A stretch of 64,000 nucleotides of DNA from Candidatus Bathyarchaeota archaeon (GCA_018396535.1 JAGTQC010000004.1:1-64000); one strand, 5' to 3'; positions 18,650-29,728 are shown, counted from the stretch's first letter. Translations and numbers: made by a program. Notes: generated by a model from the sequence alone, not told the origin.

Positions 18650-19887
18650 CTAGCTATCCTCCCCTCTAAAGCTACCCTTATACACTCTTCTAAACTACCA
18701 TAGAATACATCTGTCTTAGCTTGCATAGGAGCGTAATGCGCAGTTTTAGCAGAATCTGTAGCCATAGCTTTAAACCCTCTCGTATACGTGGGAGCGTTCA
18801 TAGCGCATGAGCCAACCATGAATTTAACACCAGCCCCCTCTATTATATCCCTATACCCCATCCTACATGCTAGTGTATAGGTGAGATTATCTGTAGCAAG
18901 CCATACCTCTACACCAGGATGGATCCTCCTACCTCTAAGTAGATAAGCAGCCATACCTATCTGATCGATAGAGTAGTGTGGGCATCCTAGAAATACTAGA
19001 TCGACCGATCCATCCTCGATAGTAGATAACTCTCGGTAAGCCTTCCTAACATCCTCAACACAGATTTCAACCCTATCCTCAGGTTTATCATCTCCGAAAG
19101 CTTCTTCCAAACTCCTAGCTTCAGGTGTAACACCTAGGATATGGTATAACGCTACAGATCCAGATGACGCAGCTGCTGCACCCATAGCTCTAAGCATCCT
19201 CTTAGATACACCCTCAGGTATACCATCGATCACAGGTATCCCCCCAGCAGATACTAAGCCTATAGCATAGCCTAACGCACCGTAATCCTTAATCGTCATA
19301 CTAGATATATCTAATCCCTTAACCCTAACTAGTATATCCCCCCTCCTATTCTCAGGTATATGAAGTTCTATCATAGGTATACGTCCAACTATAGCTGCGC
19401 ATAACTCTATATAGGATGCGTACCTATTAGTCCTAGCCCCTATCACAGAGTTAGCATATGAGACACAGTTAGATTCACCCCAAGCGATATGCTCACCATA
19501 CCTAGGAACATTCATATTCCAGTATGGTATACATGTCCAGTTATCCAATCCACCCATAGCTCTGTAAAGCATACATAGCTTCAACTGCTTCTCAACCCAC
19601 TCATCTGGGAATAGGAATTTCTCCGCATCCTCCAACGGTATAGAAGCGGTGCATAGACTCGTAGGTACAGTAAACCTAGCACCCATCCTATAGAACATAT
19701 CAGCTATCTCTAAACCACTATCATAGACCACATTGTATACGCAGGATACTAGATGGCATGAAGATACCTCCACCATACGTTCAGCTCCATAAGCATCGCC
19801 GAGCTTAACTAGAAGCTCCATAGCCCTTCTAGCAGCCTCACCAACCTCCCCATCTAGTATACGCTCCTCCTCCCTAGTTAGATACAT
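18646..19887 (-). CDS. Aconitase X large (catalytic) subunit, DUF521
   Basis: MYLTREEERILDG, WTCIPY, WGESN..SYANSVIGARTN, LGCPH, ATDSAK.AHY; overlaps the DUF126 gene by 4 nt. Confidence 0.9.
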   Translation of the reverse strand: MYLTREEERILDGEVGEAARRAMELLVKLGDAYGAERMVEVSSCHLVSCVYNVVYDSGLEIADMFYRMGARFTVPTSLCTASIPLEDAEKFLFPDEWVEKQLKLCMLYRAMGGLDNWTCIPYWNMNVPRYGEHIAWGESNCVSYANSVIGARTNRYASYIELCAAIVGRIPMIELHIPENRRGDILVRVKGLDISSMTIKDYGALGYAIGLVSAGGIPVIDGIPEGVSKRMLRAMGAAAASSGSVALYHILGVTPEARSLEEAFGDDKPEDRVEICVEDVRKAYRELSTIEDGSVDLVFLGCPHYSIDQIGMAAYLLRGRRIHPGVEVWLATDNLTYTLACRMGYRDIIEGAGVKFMVGSCAMNAPTYTRGFKAMATDSAKTAHYAPMQAKTDVFYGSLEECIRVALEGRIAR

Positions 19888-19964
19888 AGCCTACAGAGAT
19901 GGCTCTAAACCCGCTACTCTTATATCTTTAACTATCCTTAAGCAGTGATACGTAGGATCAAGCT

Positions 19965-20975
19965 ATGCGTAGAGGTGTAGGTGTAGTATTCAAGGATAAA
20001 GGAGTAGTATCCCTAGAAGAATTCGATATCGATAGCTTAGAACCCGGCCGCCTCCTTGTTAAAACACTCTATACGCTTATAAGCCCAGGTACGGAGACAG
20101 CATTCCTACTAGGCTTACCCAACACCCCGGCTACCTACCCTCAGTATCCAGGCTATAGTAACGTAGGTATAGTAGAGGATATCGCTAGCGATATAAGGGG
20201 GTTCAGTATCGGGGATATAGTTGCATCACCATCAAGGCATGCTAGTATAGTAGCACCTAGAGCTGAGAATACTTTTAAAATACCGGGGAGCATAGATCCT
20301 ATAGAAGCCTCCTTCTTCTATCTATCAGCTATAGCTCTCCAAGGTGTACGTAAATCCGAGCCTGAGATAGGTGAATCAGCTGTAGTCCTAGGCCTAGGTC
20401 TTGTAGGACAGCTTACAGCACAGCTCCTAGCTCTATGCGGGGTCATACCGGTTATAGGTGTAGATCTATACGATTATAGGATAGAAGTAGCTAGATCCCT
20501 ATCCATAGACTATGGTTTAAACCCATCGAAGATCGATACCGTATCAGAGGTATACAGGATAACTGATGGTAGGGGGGCATCGATAGTTATAGAATCTACA
20601 GGTAATCCTGAAGCTATAAACCTAGCTTTAAAGCTAGCAGGTAGAAGAGGGCGGGTCATACTCCTAGGTAGTACTAGAGGCTTATCCACCGTCAACTTCT
20701 ATAGCGATGTACATAGGAAGGGGTTGATAATAATAGGAGCTCATAACTCTATAAGACCTAGATCCGAATCATCTAGATGGTACTGGACGATTAGAGATGA
20801 TGTAGAGCTAGTCTTTAAACTCCTATCTATGAAGCGTCTAAGAGTTAGGGAGCTTATATCATCTATACTAGAGTATAGGCAAGCTGAGGAAGCCTACAAG
20901 CTACTGATAGATCATAAAGATAGGGTTATATCCGTAGTTTTAGATTGGAGGGTTATATCAGATAGCCTTAGATAG
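19965..20975 (+). CDS. Medium-chain dehydrogenase/reductase, SPGTE subgroup lacking the catalytic Zn Cys
   Basis: ISPGTE, PGYSNVG, GLGLVG, IESTG. Confidence 0.82.
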   Translation: MRRGVGVVFKDKGVVSLEEFDIDSLEPGRLLVKTLYTLISPGTETAFLLGLPNTPATYPQYPGYSNVGIVEDIASDIRGFSIGDIVASPSRHASIVAPRAENTFKIPGSIDPIEASFFYLSAIALQGVRKSEPEIGESAVVLGLGLVGQLTAQLLALCGVIPVIGVDLYDYRIEVARSLSIDYGLNPSKIDTVSEVYRITDGRGASIVIESTGNPEAINLALKLAGRRGRVILLGSTRGLSTVNFYSDVHRKGLIIIGAHNSIRPRSESSRWYWTIRDDVELVFKLLSMKRLRVRELISSILEYRQAEEAYKLLIDHKDRVISVVLDWRVISDSLR

Positions 20976-21461
20976 AGCGTTCACAGCCTCCCTAACCCTA
21001 CGATAGGTCTGCTGCAAAGCTTCAGATACAACCTTAACATCAGATATAACAGGCATGAAGTTTGTATCCCCCTCCCATCTAGGAACTATATGCACATGTA
21101 TATGCTTATCAACCCCAGCTCCAGCAGCCCTACCTATATTCAAACCTATGTTAAACCCGTGGGGTTTATACGCATATCTCAACCATAGTATACACGATCT
21201 AACGGTGGAGATCAGCTCGTAAAGCTCATCATCGGTAAGCTCTTCTAGATTAGCTTTATGACTATATGGTGCAACCATGAGATGCCCGTTATTATATGGA
21301 TACCTATTAAGCATAACGAAGCATAGCCTCCCACGATACACTATCAGATTCTCCTCATCCCTACCCTCACTAGGCTTAACGCAGAATATACATGCTTCAC
21401 TAGAGGTATCGGTAGACTCTACATAGTGTATACGCCACGGAGCCCATAGGATCCTCCTCAT
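20958..21461 (-). CDS. HIT-family nucleotide hydrolase
   Basis: LWAPWR, CIFC, NRYPYNNGHLMV, HIHVHIVPRW. Start set at MRRILW (ORF track start 21476). Confidence 0.92.
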   Translation of the reverse strand: MRRILWAPWRIHYVESTDTSSEACIFCVKPSEGRDEENLIVYRGRLCFVMLNRYPYNNGHLMVAPYSHKANLEELTDDELYELISTVRSCILWLRYAYKPHGFNIGLNIGRAAGAGVDKHIHVHIVPRWEGDTNFMPVISDVKVVSEALQQTYRRVREAVNALSKAI

Positions 21462-21547
21462 AGCATAACACGTCAAATATATATCCTAATCACTATATAA
21501 GAAAATGTTTATCTCCCAGGATACGTTTATCTTCAGATAAGAGCGGC

Positions 21548-23167
21548 TTGGATAGGGGTATTCTCTCCATCCTAATAGTCATCACCCTACTACTAGCATT
21601 CTCTATAGCATCCATAACCCCGAAGGTAGAGTATACACCTACCATGGTTTACAAGTATAGATTCAACATAGACTACGATGGGAATACCTGTACGCTTATA
21701 AGATTCGAATCACAGGAGCCGGGTATAAGCTGGGTTATACTACCATCATACACGAACTGGACTATCTCCGTATCAAACGGTACTATAATCGAAGGCGTAT
21801 TCAAACCCCTACCCGATGGAAATCCATTCTGGGGTAACTACACCTTCAGATTCGAATCAAACGGTAGGATCTTCTCTATGCTTATAGCCTACGCTATCCC
21901 CCTATACACGTTTATAATAGAGCCTAACGGATTCTTCCTCTCACCTCTCATAGGCTTCGATCGTAGAGCTAGGGGTTCAGCTACAATCTACATGGATGGT
22001 AGAATCAGTATCGGTACAGCATTCTATCTAAGCGAATCTCTAAACGTTATGAGAACGGTTAACCCTAGGAGGGTATCGGCCGAGGATGATAAGACTATGA
22101 TAGAGTTCGATGCTATCTCAGTATCACGTATAGGATTCACATTCTCTAGGAAAGGTTCACCTGATACGGTATCGCTGGTAGATCCACCATTCCGTATGGA
22201 TATACCATCCAGGTACATAGATATAGGTAGGCATATAATGGAGCTGTACAGAGACGCGTATAGGATACTATCAAACATGCTCTGTATAGAATTCGATAGC
22301 ATAGTCGAGGTTAAGCTATTCGTACCTACACTACAACAATTCCAGGAGGGTGTAGCTGGATTCGTACCCATATCCCCAGGGGATCTTCAATCCATAAACT
22401 TGAATCTATTCAATCTAAGATATACAAGCGGAACTATGGAGCTTGTAGCCCTCCACGAGCTCGTCCACCACTTCATAAAATCCATAGGTATATCGATAGA
22501 TAAGCTGTGGATCCATGAAGGTCTAGCAGAGTATATATCGATAAAGCTAGCTTCTATGCTAGGCTACGAGGATGCAGCATACGCTAGATATAACCAGCAT
22601 ATGCAAACGCTACAGAGTATACGCTCACGATCGCTAAACTTTATACAAGGTTGGAGCTTCGTAAATAAGCCAGCTGATATCAGACTCCTATACGCTGCAT
22701 CATTCTACATATTCCATTACATAGGTGAGAAGTACGGTGGTCTAGAATTCTATGGTAGGGTATTCGATATAATTAGAGCTATGGATGGCGTGAAGGAGGA
22801 TTCGATCCTAGCTACATCGATAGGCGTAGTTCTAGGCGATATATCCATAGGGTTATCCGAGTTTAGAAGATTCGGTTTAACCGTAGTTGATACGATTAGC
22901 CTATCAGCTACCCTATCCTATCTAAGGGAAGCTACTAAATCTATACCCGAACTACTAATATCTAAATCCATACTAGAAGCGTTACTACGACAGGTGGAGG
23001 AGCTATATGCGAGAGGGTTGTACACATCGGCTGAATCCCTACTAGGATTATATCAGCAGCTAGTTAAGCTACCATATACACTCACCGTATCAATCTATGC
23101 TATACTAGCTATACTAGCCTTGGTAGGTTTATCGCTAAAAAAGAGGGTGGAGGAATACTATTCGTAG
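21548..23167 (+). CDS. Membrane-anchored zinc metallopeptidase (gluzincin, clan MA)
   Basis: N-terminal signal/TM segment, HELVH followed by WIHEGLAEY, C-terminal TM plus basic tail. Confidence 0.75.
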   Translation: MDRGILSILIVITLLLAFSIASITPKVEYTPTMVYKYRFNIDYDGNTCTLIRFESQEPGISWVILPSYTNWTISVSNGTIIEGVFKPLPDGNPFWGNYTFRFESNGRIFSMLIAYAIPLYTFIIEPNGFFLSPLIGFDRRARGSATIYMDGRISIGTAFYLSESLNVMRTVNPRRVSAEDDKTMIEFDAISVSRIGFTFSRKGSPDTVSLVDPPFRMDIPSRYIDIGRHIMELYRDAYRILSNMLCIEFDSIVEVKLFVPTLQQFQEGVAGFVPISPGDLQSINLNLFNLRYTSGTMELVALHELVHHFIKSIGISIDKLWIHEGLAEYISIKLASMLGYEDAAYARYNQHMQTLQSIRSRSLNFIQGWSFVNKPADIRLLYAASFYIFHYIGEKYGGLEFYGRVFDIIRAMDGVKEDSILATSIGVVLGDISIGLSEFRRFGLTVVDTISLSATLSYLREATKSIPELLISKSILEALLRQVEELYARGLYTSAESLLGLYQQLVKLPYTLTVSIYAILAILALVGLSLKKRVEEYYS

Positions 23168-23170
23168 ATC

Positions 23171-23818
23171 CTAGGTTTTAGATGGGCATATATCGTTTAG
23201 AGGGCATAAGCTGCATCTAGGCTTCCTACTCCTACAGAAGCTTCTACCAAGAGCTATGAATAGTAGGTGTACATCCATATAGTCTTCAGGTCTATATAGC
23301 GATTCAAGCTTCATCCTAACCCTCTCATATCCCATACCCCTACTCGTCAATCCTAGCCTACTCGATACCCTTCTAACATGAGTATCTACAGGTATAACTG
23401 GCTTACCACCATAGAATAGTAGGATAACATCAGCCGTCTTCCAGCCAACCCCCTCTATCTCCATCAGCTTAGCCCTAGCCTCCTCCAACGGTAGCTTCAA
23501 TATCTCCTCCATAGATCCACCAATACTAGCTATAAACCTAGCAGCCTCCCTTATCCTCCTAGCCTTCCCCCTCTGCAAGCCAGCGATCCTTATAGCATCA
23601 ACTATACGCTCCTCATCAGCTGCGAGTATATCTTCAATCCTCAACCCCACCATCTCATCCAGCCTCCTATACGCGGTGTAGGCGTATACATCTCTAGTAT
23701 TCTGTGATAGTATAGTCAATATCAACCCGCGGAATGGATCCACTTCAGATCTAAACTTAATATTCGGGAAAGCTTTTCTCAACCTATCTAGAACCTCGTA
23801 TGCGTAGTCTCCATCCAT
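23171..23818 (-). CDS. nth: Endonuclease III (HhH-GPD glycosylase)
   Basis: ILSQNT, IEGVGWKTA, PVDTHVRR, C-x6-C-x2-C-x5-C. Confidence 0.92.
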   Translation of the reverse strand: MDGDYAYEVLDRLRKAFPNIKFRSEVDPFRGLILTILSQNTRDVYAYTAYRRLDEMVGLRIEDILAADEERIVDAIRIAGLQRGKARRIREAARFIASIGGSMEEILKLPLEEARAKLMEIEGVGWKTADVILLFYGGKPVIPVDTHVRRVSSRLGLTSRGMGYERVRMKLESLYRPEDYMDVHLLFIALGRSFCRSRKPRCSLCPLNDICPSKT

Positions 23819-23886
23819 AGCGATACTATAAAGTACACCTTGAGTAAGGTTAAAAACGTATAGCTCAACTACTAGTAGAGGGGTTC

Positions 23887-24585
23887 ATGATCGATATAGA
23901 TGTTAAAGCCGTAGCTACAGATATAGATGGAACCCTAACCGATAGAAGCTACAAGCTTAGCATAGAGGCTATAGAAGCGTTAAGGCTTCTCGAATCTAAA
24001 GGTATACCTGTAATACTTGTATCCGGTAACGCCTATCCGCTAGTTAAAGCTCTACAGATATACCTTGGATGTACCGGAGCTATAGTATGTGAGGGTGGAG
24101 CTGTAGTAGAGTACAGGCATATAGTAAAGGTACTCTCATCTAAGAATAGAGCTCTGGATGCTCTTAGAAGATTGAGAGAAGCGTATGGGGATAGGATAGT
24201 AGAGAGCTGGTGTAACATATATCGTTTCGCCGATATAGCTCTACATAGGACTATAGCTAGAGATGAGTTGTACACGATCCTAAAGGATTATCCAGATCTT
24301 AAGCTATGGGATAGCGGATTCGCATACCACATCCTAGATCGTAGCATAGATAAGGGTGTAGGTTTGAAAACTGCAGCTAATCTCATGAATATTCGAGTCG
24401 AAGATATAGTAGCTATAGGCGATAGCGAGAACGATATACCTATGTTCGATATAGCAGGGTTTAGTATAGCTGTAGGCGATGCTAGCGAAGATGTTAAGCA
24501 TAGAGTAGATCTAGCTCTAGATAAACCCGATGGGGAGGGGTTCGCTGAAGCCGTAGGTATAATCCTGAGTTTGAAGAAGGGATAG
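23887..24585 (+). CDS. HAD-superfamily phosphoglycolate phosphatase-like protein (archaeal type)
   Basis: DIDGTLT, SGN, DKG, GDSENDIPM. Confidence 0.85.
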   Translation: MIDIDVKAVATDIDGTLTDRSYKLSIEAIEALRLLESKGIPVILVSGNAYPLVKALQIYLGCTGAIVCEGGAVVEYRHIVKVLSSKNRALDALRRLREAYGDRIVESWCNIYRFADIALHRTIARDELYTILKDYPDLKLWDSGFAYHILDRSIDKGVGLKTAANLMNIRVEDIVAIGDSENDIPMFDIAGFSIAVGDASEDVKHRVDLALDKPDGEGFAEAVGIILSLKKG

Positions 24586-25302
24586 ATACCCTATAGGTTT
24601 AGGCTTAACCAGGTATACAGCGATATCGCTAGATAAACTCTTCAAAACCTGTATAATCCTCTGCGGATTTGAAGCAATCTTACATACGATATGATGCTCG
24701 AGTATACCTAGCCTCTCATAGTAGGCTACATACCTCTCCAGCCCCATCCTCCTAAGATATCTTCTAACCATACTAAGCGTAGCCCCCGTTATCAATACTC
24801 TACTTAAACCAGTAGCACCCCACTCATAGAGTCTAGATAGGAATCTATCTGAGAAGGACGCTGCATAACATCCCCCCTCCATCAACTTGTATAACCTGAT
24901 CTCCACCGGTACACCTGGATACAATCCATACATAGCTATAGCCTCCTCATAATCACTCTCTAATTGTAGCTTAACCATCTCCGCTGCTATCATAGCTTCC
25001 ACAACCCCTACATCGATTATCAATCCTCCACTCGCTACAGCCTTTATACGTCCAACCCATACGCTAAACCTATCTAGATCACGATCGTATACAAGTCTAA
25101 CACCTAGAATCCTCTCTATAATCCTACAAGCTATACTAGAATCCTCCCCATCTAGCTCCACATCCACCCAGCCATCATCATTTACTAAAACCTTAAACCT
25201 GATGTTCAAACCCTTTAGATACTCTCTAAGAATAACGTATAGAGACTCCAACCCCCTATCCCTATATACTCCATAGAGTTTACCAGATGTGTAGATTATC
25301 AT
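24517..25302 (-). CDS. DUF2110-like archaeal protein
   Basis: Downstream of tfe; KLYG...GWV.V.LDGED, ERLGILEH...CK. Confidence 0.6.
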   Translation of the reverse strand: MIIYTSGKLYGVYRDRGLESLYVILREYLKGLNIRFKVLVNDDGWVDVELDGEDSSIACRIIERILGVRLVYDRDLDRFSVWVGRIKAVASGGLIIDVGVVEAMIAAEMVKLQLESDYEEAIAMYGLYPGVPVEIRLYKLMEGGCYAASFSDRFLSRLYEWGATGLSRVLITGATLSMVRRYLRRMGLERYVAYYERLGILEHHIVCKIASNPQRIIQVLKSLSSDIAVYLVKPKPIGYLSLLQTQDYTYGFSEPLPIGFI

Positions 25303-25808
25303 ATAGATCTCTCTATCTCCTCTATCACCTTCTCTAGAATCCCCCTAAGCCTACTATTATCGATAGGTTTGAGTATAGCTCCACACTTCTTACACTTGAA
25401 GTTCACATCCATAGCTTCATCGAAGGTATACCTATGGTCGCCGTCATTCTCGCATACATAGAACTGGTTACTCTCCTCGAACTCCATACGTTCTCTAAGC
25501 CTCTTAAGGATCTTCCTCTTCTCCTGATTGATAAACCCGTCAACCCTCTCTTTATGTAGAATCCACTTATACTGGTATACCCCATACTGACCACCACTAT
25601 ACTCTCTTATCGTAGAGGCTAAAGCTAGCTTAGATAAAGTATATAATGCTTTCCTTATATCGCTCATTCTTATACCTGTCTGAAAAGCTATCTCCTCGAC
25701 AGTCCTAGGTACCCCATCCTCTAGGAGCTTGATTAGTTTAACCCCATCCCTACCGATTATAGAGGATACGATAGACTCCAGTAGCTTAGACGATTCCTCC
25801 AACCCCAC
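25299..25808 (-). CDS. tfe: Transcription factor E (TFE, TFIIE-alpha homolog)
   Basis: Winged helix (TVEEIA..TGI...IRKALY.L, Y.W), FYVC...RYTFDEAMDVNFKCKKCG, DN. Confidence 0.9.
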   Translation of the reverse strand: MGLEESSKLLESIVSSIIGRDGVKLIKLLEDGVPRTVEEIAFQTGIRMSDIRKALYTLSKLALASTIREYSGGQYGVYQYKWILHKERVDGFINQEKRKILKRLRERMEFEESNQFYVCENDGDHRYTFDEAMDVNFKCKKCGAILKPIDNSRLRGILEKVIEEIERSI

Positions 25809-25859
25809 CTAGATAATACATCCAGCCTCCCTAGTTATTTACTTTACTTCACCTAGATC

Positions 25860-28800
25860 CTAGTAGACTAGCGGATACTCTGCTATACTCCTTATATCAG
25901 CCTCAAGCTCTTTAAGAATATCTATATAGGATACCCTACCCTCCTCCACAGCCCTCATAGCCTCCTCGAGTCTACGCGTAGTCTCCTCTGAAACATATTT
26001 AGCATACCCTCTATAAAGGTACTCGTAGGTCTTTCTACCTAGACTAGTAGGTATTATATATCCCCTAGGCAGCTGGATAACATAACCTCTCCTAAACAAT
26101 GTCGATATAGCCTTCGCATACGTCGAAGGCCTCCCTATCCCACGCTCCTTCATAAGCCTTACTAGATCGCTCTCCGTATAGAATCTAATCGTAGACCCCC
26201 TCCAATACTGTACATCAACTATCCTAAACCTCCCCTCAAGCTTCTCAGGTAGTAGCTGTATAGGTTTAATCATGGTGAAACCCGGATCCAGTATCTTAAA
26301 GTAGCCTACCCCCTCGACTATATAATCCAGTATATCCACTCTATACTTAGCCTCGATAACCTTAGCCTCCCTCATCTGGCTTGCGATAAACCTATCGAAG
26401 ATAAGCTTGTAAAGCATATAGTGGTTCTTCGTTAAAGCTATCGGAAAGGTATATACGCGTAGAGTTACCAGCTGCTTAAGTCTATCAGCATCTATAGGCC
26501 TAGTAGGTCTTATACATTCATGAGCACCCTCCACACCCCATACCCTAGGCTTGAATAACTCGATAGCTCTAGATCCAAACCTCTCCTCTAGATACCTCTG
26601 AGCTACACCCCTACCTACATCGGATACCCTTACACTATCCGTCCTATGATACGTTATCAAACCCATCTCGAATAGCTCCTGAGCTATATTCATAACATCA
26701 TCAGCCGACATCCTTAAGCTAGACGTAGCTTCAGCTAGCATAGAATCAGTAGAGAATGGAGGATACGGTTTAACCTCAACCTCCTCTAGAGATTCTATCC
26801 TCACAGAAGCCTCACCCTCTCTCAATCTAGCTAGAAGCTCATCAACATACCTGCGCTCCATCTTCGGCTTCTCTAGAATAACCGTCAACCCGTTTTCAAG
26901 AATTATTCTAAAGAAATCTCTTATACTAGCCCTCGCTTTATCATACCTATCTACAACCCATCCTAATACAACCGTCTGCACCCTACCCGCAGATAGAGTA
27001 GGCTTACCGAAAACCTTCTGAACCCTACTACTAAGTTCGAAGCCTATCCACCTATCCTCTATACGTCTTAAAAGCTGTGCCTCCACCATAGCCTGATCGA
27101 AATCCCTAGGTTTATTCAAAGCTTCGAGTATAGCTCTACGCGTTATCTCATGAAACTCCACCCTGCTAACATGCGAAGTATACGGTGATAGCATACACGC
27201 AGTATCCCACCCTATCTTCTCCCCTTCAGAATCCGCATCAGTCCCTATGAATACTGTATCCACCTCGGTAGAAACCTCTCTCAGAGACTCTACGATACCA
27301 GCTTTATCGACTAGCTTAGCACCACACTGTAGACACGATTCAACATCATCCGTATATTGCTCTCCACATTTCAAACACCTCTTAAGGGATCCATAGACAG
27401 GTATATACCTTCCATCCTCGACTATAACCCCGTGATAACCTACATCGGTAACGAGATCATATATATGCCCTCCAGAAGCAGCTATATTCAGGTGGAAACC
27501 AGTCCCAGTATCTACTTCATACACTGTTAGAGAACCGATACGCTTCTTAAGAGGTCTACCGAAGAATCTAGCTATAGTCTTAGCCTTATTAGGCGATTCT
27601 ACTACGAGTAGAGCAGTCCTAACTATATCCTTAACCTCGCTAGGCTCTATCCTACCCGATGTAAGTCTAGCTATATAATCCCTCTCCTCATCTATCTGCT
27701 TCAATACAGAATCTAGATCCACCGATTCTAGAGGCTTCCACTTAATATCATCTATATACCATGAAACCTCTTCGACTAAGCCGTTGAAAGCCTTCCTCTC
27801 ATCGATTATAACTATCGATAAACCCTTCGATAACCCCCTACTATAGAGTCTAGAAGTTCTACCAGATCCTTGAATATAGCCTACAGGATCAGGTACTATG
27901 AGTGTAAGCCTCTCTCCACCCTCCAGTATAAGTCTAGGACTCTCTTCCAAAGCTCTCTTAACATCCTCCCTAGCGATAAGCTTCCTAGCAAATTCGACAG
28001 CATCCTGGTACACTGCTTGAACCCTACCTAGGAATCCATCCAGCTTCTCCCCTCTAGCTATAGCATCCTCTATCATCTTACCCTCAGATGTAGAGATCAT
28101 AGACGTATACCGGCGTAGAGCCGTAATATAATAGTCTATCTGGATCTTCTCATCCTCTGATACGTAATCTCTGAGATGCGATAGGAGTATCGAAACCCTC
28201 CAAGGCTTAAACCCTTCTAAACCTAGATCTATACGAATCTTAGGTACACCAGCGAATATAGCATACCTTATCCTCTGGGGTAAATCTATACCCCTAGCTA
28301 GCGGGCTCCTAAAGGATGCTACTCCAACAAGTATATCGTAGACACCGGATGCATACTCTTCTAGTATACGCCTCCTAGGTTTAACATACGCATACGCTTT
28401 TATACCCCTACTGTTAAGATAATCTGCAAGCTTAGCAGCGTATGCAGCCCCCATATCCATAGGTACAAAGACCAACCCTCCACCTCCAAGCTTAAGTATA
28501 AGGTTAGCCGTCTCCTCCTCGATAACTCCTCTACACTCGATATACAGATCCTCTACATTCCTTAGAAGCTCGAATCTACCTCCAAGCTCGAATCTTAGAA
28601 GCTCCTTGAATAGCATAACCCTCTTAGTACGTCTAGCCCTTATAGATGCACCTGAAACTATAAGTATACCGGGTCTACCATCTCTAAGGAATCTAGCTAT
28701 CTTAGATTCAAGCTCATCAACCTCGACTCTAGCTTCATCGATATTCTCCCTACTGCTTAAAGCCTTCCTAAGCCTCCTCCTAGCCTCTATTAGTTTATAA

Positions 28801-29594
28801 CCAGCATCGATAATATCATCCGGAAATCCTAGAAGCTTAAGAACCCTATCCACATTCTTAGAAGCTCTTAGAAATGAGTCTACATCATCTACGAATACTG
28901 CATCGAATTTAGCGTTAGCTAATAGGTCATACCTCCTAGATAGGAAGGCAGAGGTCGTTACTAGTATATCGTAATCCATGCGGAGGATACGCTCATACAT
29001 CTCCCTAGACTCCTTCTCAGTCATGAGGGAATGGTATACTGCAACCCTAATATCCGTAAACCCACCTCTCTCTATGAATGCTGAAATCTTTGATTGAACT
29101 TGACGTGCAAGTAGAGATGTAGGTAGGATCATATACCCCTTCATACCCTTCGATGCTAGGTATACAAGCAAAGCTATACCGAATGAGGTTTTACCCATAC
29201 CTGTAGGCGCAACTATAGCTATGGATCTACCCTTAAAGATCTGTTTAGCCCAGCTCCTCTGTACGCTTAGAAGCCTAGACCCCGTACCTTTATAGAATAC
29301 CTCTTCAAACTCCTCCACCCTCCCCTCTAGTCTAGCTATACTAGCATAACGCTTCAATCTACCACTATGTATAAGCTCATCCAAGATTATCCTCCTTAAC
29401 TCACTCCTAGATAATCTACGTGCAAGCTCGATATAATTATCGCCAGGTAAGCATGATTCACATGGAATACCATAGATAAGCCTGAGATCGGATATATCAC
29501 CCCCACAGTTAGGGCATGCACCACGGAATACACAGTGAACTATAGGTGAAACTACAGCCTCCCCCTCTCTAGCTTCCTTCATAATACCACTCAT
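25860..29594 (-). CDS. rgy: Reverse gyrase
   Basis: N-terminal Zn finger CPNC...CESC, Walker A APTGMGKT, DDVD, RGIDLP, QGSGRTSR, then topoisomerase IA (VESPNKA, DADSEGE, SAGRVQT, ITYHRTDS, GIGRPSTY). No intein. Confidence 0.97.
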   Translation of the reverse strand: MSGIMKEAREGEAVVSPIVHCVFRGACPNCGGDISDLRLIYGIPCESCLPGDNYIELARRLSRSELRRIILDELIHSGRLKRYASIARLEGRVEEFEEVFYKGTGSRLLSVQRSWAKQIFKGRSIAIVAPTGMGKTSFGIALLVYLASKGMKGYMILPTSLLARQVQSKISAFIERGGFTDIRVAVYHSLMTEKESREMYERILRMDYDILVTTSAFLSRRYDLLANAKFDAVFVDDVDSFLRASKNVDRVLKLLGFPDDIIDAGYKLIEARRRLRKALSSRENIDEARVEVDELESKIARFLRDGRPGILIVSGASIRARRTKRVMLFKELLRFELGGRFELLRNVEDLYIECRGVIEEETANLILKLGGGGLVFVPMDMGAAYAAKLADYLNSRGIKAYAYVKPRRRILEEYASGVYDILVGVASFRSPLARGIDLPQRIRYAIFAGVPKIRIDLGLEGFKPWRVSILLSHLRDYVSEDEKIQIDYYITALRRYTSMISTSEGKMIEDAIARGEKLDGFLGRVQAVYQDAVEFARKLIAREDVKRALEESPRLILEGGERLTLIVPDPVGYIQGSGRTSRLYSRGLSKGLSIVIIDERKAFNGLVEEVSWYIDDIKWKPLESVDLDSVLKQIDEERDYIARLTSGRIEPSEVKDIVRTALLVVESPNKAKTIARFFGRPLKKRIGSLTVYEVDTGTGFHLNIAASGGHIYDLVTDVGYHGVIVEDGRYIPVYGSLKRCLKCGEQYTDDVESCLQCGAKLVDKAGIVESLREVSTEVDTVFIGTDADSEGEKIGWDTACMLSPYTSHVSRVEFHEITRRAILEALNKPRDFDQAMVEAQLLRRIEDRWIGFELSSRVQKVFGKPTLSAGRVQTVVLGWVVDRYDKARASIRDFFRIILENGLTVILEKPKMERRYVDELLARLREGEASVRIESLEEVEVKPYPPFSTDSMLAEATSSLRMSADDVMNIAQELFEMGLITYHRTDSVRVSDVGRGVAQRYLEERFGSRAIELFKPRVWGVEGAHECIRPTRPIDADRLKQLVTLRVYTFPIALTKNHYMLYKLIFDRFIASQMREAKVIEAKYRVDILDYIVEGVGYFKILDPGFTMIKPIQLLPEKLEGRFRIVDVQYWRGSTIRFYTESDLVRLMKERGIGRPSTYAKAISTLFRRGYVIQLPRGYIIPTSLGRKTYEYLYRGYAKYVSEETTRRLEEAMRAVEEGRVSYIDILKELEADIRSIAEYPLVY

Positions 29595-29728
29595 CTAAAT
29601 ATTCTAAAGCTTCGATTTAGATCTTTATATATGATTGCTCTAAGCCCAATTCAGTTAAGCTCTACAAAGGAAATGTTTAAGAAGAAGTTTGATGCAGCTT
29701 GTACTAGGTATCTTATATACCTAGGTAT

